Below, piece after piece: positions 53,152-64,000 of a DNA stretch of 64,000 nt. A program made the translations under genes and the position numbers. Positions within the stretch are counted from its first letter, which is position 1, and every line of letters begins with the position of its first letter. The notes beneath the pieces were generated by a model. That model was not told where the DNA came from and ran no database searches. It saw only the letters and a program-made list of their open reading frames with translations. This DNA is from Octopus vulgaris (Eukaryota): assembly GCA_951406725.2 (NCBI GenBank), contig OX597815.1, positions 35,898,001 through 35,962,000 of the forward strand. The letters run 5' to 3'.

Positions 53152-54823
53152 TATATATAAATAAACGATTTCCCTGCTACTTTCAAACATTACTTTTCAT
53201 TTTCAGCAACATTATATAACACAGGTTAAGTTACCTTTGATTACTATGATAACCTTTAAAAGTTTCTTTGTTTTAGGCAACTTAATTCAAATAATGGAAG
53301 AGTGAACAAATAAATAAATTTTTAATATGATTAATTGGAGAAAAAAAAAGAGGAGAAAATGAAAGCTGGAGGAGGAATGGTTAGAGAGAGGCAATGACGT
53401 AACCGTGTCTTTGAAGAGAATAAGTCAACAAAAAGAAATGATTTCAATAACTACCATTAAAGAAAGCCAAAGTAGGTCAGTAGAATACAACTGTGACAAT
53501 GGCAATATATATATAATTTCTTTAAAGTGCTTAAATTATGTTGGCCTTGACGTCATGTCAAAACTTCTAAAACAGCAGCAGTTACAACAACAGTGTAACA
53601 ATGAAAAGTAGGGTTTCAGTTAACATTAAAAAGCAATATGAATTTACTTTTAAACACACTAAAGAAATAAAGTGCTTAAAAAGTAAATAGTCATGAAGCC
53701 ATGCAAATGTTTCTGCTGTTATTTAACCAAATGAGATATGGCAAGGCATAATGCTATTCAAATTAGTTCTCAGCAACTTTACTAGCACTGTCAAATATGA
53801 AATTTTAAAGAAACATTTATCTAGTGAAAAATATTAACTGAAAAGAAGAAGGCTCAGAACTAAACAATGTTAAGTTTTAAGCCCAACTCTCTGTTCTCTA
53901 AGCAATCTCAGTCTCTATAAGACACGTTAGACATACTTAATACGTCTAATATGACATGCTTAATATAGTGGGGATAAAAAACCTAATTAGGAATATTTAA
54001 GCAGTGAGCCTCAATGAGTAATAATATGGGAGACAACTTCAGACATGTTACAGTCTTATTGAACCTCCTCAGTATAGCATACACTGTGCTTGCTAAGTTA
54101 GTGATGAGAGAATCACTTTAGTAAATATATACTATGGTACATGAGTTGATGTGAATAATTAATAGACAAAATAAAATAATAAACCATGGAGCTTAATCAC
54201 TCAGAAACTTAATCAAGTTAGGGATCAAGTTTTCTGATGTAGTCATCATCATCATCATCATCATCATTTAACGTCCGTTCTCCATGCTAGCATGGGTTGG
54301 ACGGTTCGACTGGGGATCTGGGAAGCCAGAAGGCTGCACCAGGCACCAGTCTGATCTGGCAGTGTTTCTACAGTTGGATGCCCTTCCTAACGCCAACCCC
54401 TCCGTGAGTGTAGTGTGTGCTTTTTACGTGCCACCGGCACAGAGGTGATCTTCAAAAGTAAAATGGGAAATATCTCAGTAAAGAAAAGACATTATTAACT
54501 CGATGACTAATATTATTTCAATTATTTCCTCAACAAGATCCTTTTTATTCATGTTTCAGAATCTAAGATCTAGAGTATTTGGTCCTGGAACAAAAGAGAG
54601 TAAAATAAAGCTGTGAATGTTATTTTAGAAGTTCAAAGGATTTCTATGGAAATTGTATTGCAAGGTATTTTAATTAAGATTGGAATGTACCAACAGTATT
54701 AAAACAGTAGGAATGATGATGATAATGACTTTCGTAACCTCATTTTTAATTACTTACTCAGCCTGTAAGTGTATCAATTAATCCAGGGAAATAATCAAGT
54801 AGTTTGAGCAACTAAGTAAACTA

Positions 54824-55221
54824 GGCATAGGTGTGACTGTGTAAGAAGTTTGCTTCCCAACCACATAGTTCTGGGTTCAATCCCACAGCATGGCACCTTG
54901 GACAAGTGTCTTCTACTGTAAGCTCAGGCCCACCAAAGCCTTGTGAGTGAATCTGGTAGACAGAAACTGAAAAAAAGCCCATGATGTGTGTGTGTGCGTG
55001 TGTGCACGTGAGTGTGTTTGTCTCCCACTACATCTTGACAACTGGTGTTGGTGGGTTTACATCCCCATAAATTAGTGGTTCTGCAAAAGAGACCAATAGA
55101 AAAAGTACCAGGCTTGAATAAAGAATTAGTATTATGGTCGGTTCATTTGACTAAAAACTCTTTAAGGCAGTGTCCCAGCATGGCCAGTCAAATACATGAA
55201 ACAAGTAAAAGATAAAAGATA
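54824..55221 (+). mobile_element. CORE-type tRNA SINE; other copies at about 8536-8905(+), partial 1010-1105, 12790-12945, 27200-27365, 45497-45625(-)
   Basis: tRNA head GGGTTCAATCCC, then the CORE-like ACCTTGG(G/A)CAAGTGTCTT and an internal (TG)n. Confidence 0.75.
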
Positions 55222-55502
55222 GGATTTAATTATTTATTAAGATCATATGTATGGACTATATCTTAATGAAAGAGTTTTGTATCTTAAAACAATGTCTCAG
55301 TCAGATTGGTAACAGAATGGTTAAGGGTATAATTGTGAGTCACATAAACTATATTTATATATTAACTACCTCTTGAGTAATTTTCAGAGGTTTTATTTAT
55401 TTATTTTCACATCCTGATATCCTTACTTTTAACATATTGTATATAATATAGTGTGAAATACCATAGCTAACAATTCAATAAAACCCATTTAAAAACACAC
55501 AC

Positions 55503-55551
<49 letters not shown>

Positions 55552-55557
<6 letters not shown>

Positions 55558-55790
55558 AGCACATAAGTGCAAAACAAGGTGGAAAAAATAGTACTCGGAT
55601 ACCAAAGTTAGGGTAATATACTTTTTTATTAAAGCTGCAAAATTATCACAGAGCTGTTACTCAGAGTTTCATGTTCTTGTTCATCAGCCAGTTGTGATGA
55701 AAATTCATCACAACTGTCCGACAAAGGGTACATGAAACTCTAAGCAACTGTTCTGTGGTAACTTGGCAGTTTTATTAATTAAAGTGAATA
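55552..55790. mobile_element. Head-to-head inverted PLE pseudo-LTR fragments with hammerhead motif
   Basis: Palindrome centred near 55702; the minus arm reads CTGG-CTGATGA-ACAAGAACAT-GAAA-CTCTGAG-TA-ACAG. Confidence 0.6.
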
Positions 55791-55987
55791 GATATATACA
55801 TACACACATCACAAAAGTAAACAGAGACACACACACACACACACACCTCAATATACCATGTTATCTGTGTGCATTACCTGGTCCTTCAAACTTGTATTAT
55901 GCACAAGGTATTTCTACTAAATGCTAGATTAAGTATTCAATTGCATCAAATAACATCATTTTGCTTCTATGAGTCTTTCAAAAATGA

Positions 55988-56042
<55 letters not shown>

Positions 56043-56044
56043 GT

Positions 56045-56470
56045 GTGTAGAGGGAAGATATGGAAGAGGTAGACCCAGGAAGACGTAGGATGAAGTGGTG
56101 AGAAAGGATGTTCAGATGTTGGGCCTCACACAGGGGATGACAAGGGACCAAGACACCTGGCAGTTTGCTGCGTTTGAGAAGACATTCAAGGCTAAGTAAA
56201 ATCGTAGTTGTCCCTGCATCCCTCTTCAGCTGAGTGATCCCAATCTTATGGGTTCATGGGTGCTAGTGGCATGTAAAAGGCACCCGTGTTGGTGCTGCAT
56301 AAAAGCACCCAGTATACTCTGTAAAGTAGTTGGCAGCCAGCCATTGAAACCATGCCAAACCAGACATGGAGCCCAGACAGCCCTTCAGCTAGCCAGCTCC
56401 TGTCAAACCCATACGAGCATGGAAAATGGACATTAAATGACGATGATGATGGTAATGATGATGATAATGA
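56045..56470 (+). mobile_element. Decayed RTE 3' fragment
   Basis: GRGRPRKT remnant and RTE tail. Confidence 0.7.
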
Positions 56471-56699
56471 TATATGAGAACATTTTTATAAACAAACTTA
56501 GAAGTAATAAGTGGGTTGGTATTTTACAAAAAAATAAAGTAAATTTTGAACACAGGATTGCTGTGAGAAGTACAAGGTTTGAGTCTCTGTAGCTGCCTAC
56601 TGGCAACTTCTTTCCATCTTCTAGGGGTATTTGCCCAATTTTCTAGGCTTTTTTTCACAGCTATCCCAAGTTTGAAATTTACTTATTCTTTGTAATGTG

Positions 56700-57499
<800 letters not shown>

Positions 57500-60050
57500 A
57501 TCCTAAAATAATTAATTTATCAAAAAGAGATCTTGACAATGATGAAATCCAACTTCTGTCAAAAGGACTGAAATTCACACCTACACCAACAGCCAACCAC
57601 CAAGAATTAAAGGAGGATATCCAAAAATTCTGTCGAAAATTACGACTTGTAGAATTCTTCGCTAACAAAAGTAATGAGATTGATGAATCCCTAGTAAGGA
57701 ATAAATCAAATTTCACCCCACCAAAAGGAAGAAATAACTACCTTGACCAATACATTGATATCCTGTCTAAATTTCCCCTTAGACGCAATACCAATGTTAG
57801 GCCAAACATTAGCAAATCAGAGATGTCTGCATGTAAACGTATACAAAACGATCAAACAATAATAATTAAACAAGCAGATAAAGGTGGTGCAATTGTTATT
57901 ATGGATACCGAATACTATAAGGATTTGGTTGAAGACCAACTGAAGGATACAACCTTCTATTGTGAAATACCCGCAAATATAGACCACCACATCATGAAAA
58001 AGATCAACAACCTGATTTCAACACACCACAACTCACTTACGGATAATGAAAAAGACTACATCACCAATTTTGAACCAAAACCCAGCAACTTCTACGGCTT
58101 ACCAAAAATACACAAATCAAAAAACATTCAACAGGCAGTAAAAGAACAAGAAAGTGAGTACATAAAATTATTACATCCAAAAGACCTAAAACTTAGACCT
58201 ATTATAGCTGGTCCAGCATGCCCTACACACCGTCTAAGCAATTTTATTGACATTGTTTTGAAACCACTATGTACTTACATACCAAGTTTCATCAGGGATG
58301 ACATCGACTTCCTGTCCCATCTTCCCAAAACAACAGAAACAAATTCAGTTTTACTAAGTTTTGATGTGGTAAGCCTCTACACCAATATTCCACACGATTT
58401 AGGAATAAAGGCGATTAAATACTGGTTAGAAAAACATAGAGAAGTGATTCCCAGCAGATTCACAGTGCCATTTATATTAGACACAGTCAAACTTATTCTA
58501 GAAAATAACACATTCTTCTTCAATGGAAAGAATTACATCCAAATTAGAGGCACGGCGATGGGAACGAGGTTTGCTCCCGTTTACGCCAACTCTGTAATGG
58601 GATACTTAGAAGAACAACTCTACCAAGAGGTGGAGGTAAACTATGGCACTGGATTTAGAAAGTATATTGAAAAGGCATGGAAGAGATACCTAGACGACTG
58701 TTTCATAATCTGGACAGAATCTCTAAATACTCTGGAAGAGTTCAATATCCTCCTGAACAACCTACACCCATCTCTCAAATTTACAAAGGAGATGAGTAGT
58801 ACCAAATTACCATTCCTGGATATAATGGTAATTAAAAAAGACACCACCATCACCACAGATATATACTATAAACACACAGACACACATCAATACCTAAATT
58901 TTAAGTCGTGCCATCCACCACATACAAAACGTAACATCCCATACTGCCTAGCCAGAAGAATTTGTACTATTGTAGAAGATGCAAATATCAGGAACAAACG
59001 CCTAATAGAACTAAGAGAATTTTTGCTCAAACAAAAATACCCATCTCTACTTATAGAAAATGGCATACAGCGGGCTATAAAAATACCTATACAACAACTT
59101 AGGACAACCCAAGGAAGAGGAAAACAAGAACAAGTCATACCATTCATAGTGACACACAACCCATGTCACCAGAATATCTTCAACATTGCCAAAGCAAACC
59201 TACCAATCATTGCCCAAAGTAATGAATTAAAAGACATAATCAAGGATCGAGCTATGGTGCTTAGTAAAAGACAGCCTAAAAACTTGAAAACATTACTAAC
59301 AAAGGCAAAATTTGACCTCAGCAACAAAGACCAAACATTCACGGTATCTAAATGCAATGATAGCCGATGTGGCACATGCCAATTCATACATACCAGTCAA
59401 TATATAAACACAAAAACCGGGAAAATATTCACAAACGCGAATATGAACTGCAAAAGCAGAAATTTAATTTACTGCATCAAATGCCCAAATTGTGAAGAAA
59501 TATATGTAGGTCAGACGGGAAACGCACTATTAGAACGCTCACGTGTACACCGGCAACAGATTAGAGACCCAGAGGTCCGTCAGATACCTTTGAGTAACCA
59601 CCTAGCAACATGTGGTCGGAAAATATATATAATATTTCCATTCTACAAATTACACAGCCCAAGTGAAATCGAGAGGAAAATCAGAGAAAAGAATTTTATT
59701 GATAAATTCGAACCCAAGCTAAATAAGCAATAATAATAATACTTAGAGGTATTACTTCCACTGCTACGACCATGACCACTAACAACAACAACAATACTAA
59801 AGGTGATCAAGACGAAGATAGCAGGAAAATTATCTTATTTAGGGTTAAAAGTTCTATTGCCACCACCATCACCACTAGCAACAATAATTAAGGTGCTGAC
59901 AATGATGATGATGACAATTGAAATATAAAAATATAAAAATCTCTGACAAAGGATATTTACAACATTTCTAAAAATAACCCAACAATTGCTGCTTCGGCCA
60001 GGGTCAAGATACAGGACTCTTGACCTGTCCAACAAAGCGTGATGCCTAAA

Positions 60051-60192
60051 CCAATCAGCTCAACCAACCAATCAGCTTAAGTAATTGAGTGATACTACAC
60101 ACTGATTGGTCAGAATACAGTTTGCAAAACCTAGCACTCTGGAGCCTACCCAGCTGTATTTATAGCACAGAATCACTCATCTTGCTACAGTC
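60051..60192 (+). promoter_or_regulatory. Putative Pol II promoter in the PLE 3' pseudo-LTR
   Basis: CCAATCAG at 60051 and 60068, inverted CTGATTGG at 60102-60109, TATTTATA at 60157-60164, and an Inr-like ACAGT about 30 nt downstream. Confidence 0.6.
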
Positions 60193-60227
60193 AAAAATTG
60201 TGAAGCATGACTGTCAACACTACTACA

Positions 60228-60272
60228 TGAACCCGAAGATTGCAGAATTCAATGCATGAAAGTACTAGTTCA
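60228..60272 (+). ncRNA. Minimal type I hammerhead ribozyme (PLE-type)
   Basis: Stem I TGAAC/GTTCA; core CCGAAGA; stem II TGCA/TGCA; GAAA; palindromic stem III AGTACT; UA cleavage site. Confidence 0.75.
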
Positions 60273-60401
60273 ATCAGAATGAATATTTAACATTCTACTA
60301 TTTCATTTTATTTTATTCAATTATAATATATTATCTTATAATATATCATTATAAGATTGTAAATAAAACGTGAAAATCAGACAAGGTTGGAATTCTTTTT
60401 A

Positions 60402-60470
<69 letters not shown>

Positions 60471-60931
60471 AAGTAGTTAATGGTTTTTGTTACCTAGATA
60501 ACCTAATTAGCAATGGAGATAAATATTCCAAAACTACAGTGAACCAAAGTAAGAATAGAGTAAAATAAGTTCAAGGAACTATTCAAAGTAACAAAGGATT
60601 TCTCGTTCAGATTTAAGGAAGGATGTATGATGCTTGCGTACAAAGTGTGATGCTGCATGATAGCAATGGTCTTTGACTATTGCTATCATGCAGTATCATA
60701 TGTGGACCTTGAATGTGAACAATTTTCAAAGGTTAAGCAAAAATGAAGTGAGCATTCTCTGCTGAAATATATAATGTTAGTGATATACACACATACATAC
60801 AATAAGTGTTCTTGTTAAAGTGGTTAAATTATGTTATAAAGAACAACAAACATTTCGTAGAGCCAAATTTATGATACATTTTGACTAAGACTTCAATGTT
60901 TGATTGTTCAAACAGTGGCCAAATAAGCAAT

Positions 60932-61585
60932 ATCATCATCATCATCATCATCATCATTTAACGTCCGCTTTTCATGCTGGCATGAGTTGGATGGTTTGAC
61001 TGAGGACTGGCAAACCAGATGGCTGCACCAGGCTCCATTCTGATCTGACAGAGTTTCTACAGCTGGATGCCCTTCCTAACAGCAACCACTCTAAAAGTGT
61101 AGTGGGTGCTTTCATGTGCCACCAGCACAAGGGCCAGTCAGGCGGTACTGGCAATGGCCACGTTCAAATGGTGTTTTTTACATGTCACCTGCACAGGAGC
61201 CAGTCCAGCGGCACTGGCAACAACCTTGCTCGAATGTTGTTTTCCACATGCCACTGGCATAGGCCACGGGTTATGGTCTCACTTGGCTTGCCAGATCTTC
61301 AAGCACAGCATATTTCCAAAGGTCTCAATCACTAGTCATTGCCTTGGTGAGACCTAATGTTCGAAATCATGCTTCACCACCTCATCCCAGGTTTTCCTGG
61401 GTCTACCACTTCCACAGGTTCCCTCACCACTAGGGTGTGACACTTCTTCACATAGCTATCCTCATCCATTCTCACCACATGACCATACCAGCACAGTTGT
61501 CTCTGTTGCACACCACCTCTGAAGCTTCTTAGGTCCAACTTTTCTCTCAAGGCACCTACACTCTGTCGAGTATGCACACTGACAT

Positions 61586-61586
<1 letters not shown>
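60932..61586 (-). mobile_element. RTE 3' fragment
   Basis: NVSVHTRQSVGALREKL..LCWYGHVVRMDEDS, same family as 16926-18064; (GAT)n tail. Confidence 0.85.
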
Positions 61587-61626
<40 letters not shown>

Positions 61627-63597
61627 TGTGTGTTCATTCAGTAGAGAGAGAGAGTGAGAGAGGACATGTGTGTTGCTTATCTACCAAATAATGTTTTGGT
61701 AGCACACAAGAGAAATTTTGTTGAAATCTCTTTCTAATTGCTTCCAGCTTCCAACTTACAAATGCTGAATATACAATTTATTATAGAAAGTGAGTGAAAT
61801 AAATTGTTTAAAACAAAACTGTACTATGTTACTTAATTATCTATTTCATTTTTCTTGTATAAACAACACTTCTAGAAGATTCTCCAAATATTCTAACTAC
61901 ACAAAAACATTTTTTTAACTAGATGGAGAGTCCCAAAGAAGAGAAGAGTAGGAAGTGAAGAAGCTAAAAATACTACTGCTATTCAACATTGGGACAATTC
62001 GAATACGTCAACATGACTCTCACTAAGGACCAAGAAGGAAAGTCATATGTTACCAATAATATTTTCAAGGAAAACCTGTTTAGGGATTCTTTTCCTTATG
62101 AAAGCTTGCCAAATATAGAAAACTAAGATTGTGATATGACAACCAACAAAAAATTTTCTTTAAAACTTTGAATGGGCCTCATTTTCAAAAATATTTTCCA
62201 TTTTTCTCGTGTGTGAATTATCTAGTAATATATCCCAGGGAAAATGTTTATTGGCATTTCGTCCATTTTTTTACATTCTAAGTTCAAATTCTGCTGAGGT
62301 TGATTTTGCCTTTAATCCTCTTAGGGTTGATAAAATAAGTATCAGTTAATCACTGGGATCATTGTAATCGACTCACTCCCTACTCTGAAATTGCTGGCCT
62401 TGTGCCAAAATGTGAAACCAATATTAGGAGTTAAAATGTTGTTCAGACATACCACATTATGTTAATGAAATGACTTATGTGCATGTAGCCTATTAATAGT
62501 GATCAACCTGTCAGCAACAATTTTTTTATATTGTATTTAATTTTGATGAATCATAGGAAGGGAATTTTGAAAACGTCTTAGCAAAAGAAAAGAGATGATA
62601 GTTTTAAAATTTTGAGTAGCTCTGCTCCAGATTAAGCCTATAGAAAAAAGAAGTGTTTTATTAATATTCTTATATATCACAAGCTCTAATTTATATATTG
62701 CATGATCTACATTATATTTCATAATAGTTTATAAAATATATATTATTCATTGAATAGAATAATATAAATTACACAGCACACAGAATCTTCTCAATACGAA
62801 ACCAAAACATTACAGTATACATAAGCCACAGGAAAACAATATATTTACATGCATAAAATTCCCTGCAACAAAAATCTTGTTTATTTTTGCGCATGTTTCT
62901 GGTACATTATTTTTAAAATTAAATCCCCTATATTTTCCCTCATTAAGACAGTAAACAACACTACAGGACATTATTCTAATGCCATCTCAAAATCACAAAA
63001 ATACAGAAGTGTCAATATCCTTATTAGCCTCAATCTGCACAATACTAGAGATAACCAGGTCCTTGTCATATATTGGTTCTATGACAACAACCTGGCTACA
63101 GTAATTTGGGACATGGTTCATTGACTGATAAGGTGATGAAAGCAAAAGAGTGCAAGGACAGGAATGATAATATCTGTACCTTGACAGAAATTTTGAATCC
63201 TTCTGATTAAAATATTACCTCAAAGGAGATTGAGAAACTATCACACTACAGAGATTTTGAAATTGAAATAAGCAGGATATGCAGTAAAAACTATACCAAT
63301 AATAATTAAAACATGATATGGTGATTAAAAAAGAACATGAACAAAAACTTATAAACCATGCCAGGATTCACAAATCTAAATCCTGTTCAAAAAATAGCCC
63401 TTACTAGGAATAGCCCACATCTTATGTGTGATATTTTTATTTTAATACTAAATATACAATATATTTTATGCACAATTTATACAACACAAAGCTTATAAAA
63501 TCATCACCTAATAAAATAGCACAAATCACACAACACATAGTCTACTAATACCCCACCCAATAATATAACACAGCCCACATATCACATAACTCTATAC

Positions 63598-63790
63598 CAG
63601 TGGTTCCTAACGTTTTCACTACCAAGGATCCCTTTTATTTAAATGAGTTTTCCCATGGACTCCGTTTAATATGCTTATCCTTATGTATATATATATATAT
63701 ACATATGAAATTTTGAATTTAGTTCACAGACCCCCAGTACTATCTTTGCGTACCACCAGGGGTCCACGGACTACAGGTTGAGAACCACTG
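63598..63790. mobile_element. hAT (Charlie-like) MITE
   Basis: TIRs CAGTGGTTCCTAAC / GTTGAGAACCACTG; 8-bp TSD (C/T)TCTATAC. Confidence 0.85.
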
Positions 63791-63814
63791 TTCTATACAA
63801 TCACCACTCACTAA

Positions 63815-64000
63815 CCCTTTAGCATTCAGATTACTCTCTCAAATGTAATGCTTAGTTATTCACATTGCTTTGAATTAATCATGCATTATCTCATAGATTC
63901 AAGATTTCTATGATGTAATTGGTTATTTTTTAGAATGACATTGTAGGGTAGGTGTAAGATACCAGATCTGGCTGGCTTGGACGTAAAATAAGAAGAATGT
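63815..64000. mobile_element. Copy of the 257-445 MITE family, runs off the window
   Basis: CCCTTTAGCATTCAGATTAC start and colinear body. Confidence 0.75.

Overview
This is AT-rich, microsatellite-dense animal genomic DNA. The SINE/LINE repertoire suggests a cephalopod, probably Octopus (inference, no search run). One host gene runs on the minus strand: a SEC14L1/real-time (retm) orthologue with PRELI/MSF1, CRAL-TRIO and GOLD domains. I reconstructed 13 GT-AG coding exons in consistent phase between 44848 and the stop at 5970, giving 659 aa. About 70 N-terminal residues were not found and probably lie beyond 64000. The introns contain a near-intact Penelope-like retroelement (RT + GIY-YIG, 56799-60403) inside a (TA)n tract, a 5'-truncated CR1 LINE with one frameshift, RTE LINE remnants, several tRNA-derived SINE families, and mariner, hAT and piggyBac-type non-autonomous elements. 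The most notable signals are: (1) a minimal hammerhead ribozyme downstream of a CCAAT/TATA promoter at the PLE 3' end; (2) a possible -1 frameshift between the PLE ORFs; (3) five further hammerhead-like motifs in short microsatellite-anchored elements, two pairs of them inverted; (4) several perfect intronic inverted repeats or hairpins; (5) a candidate 39-nt cassette micro-exon. Coordinates were counted by hand, and repeat boundaries are approximate unless a TSD or TIR is given.
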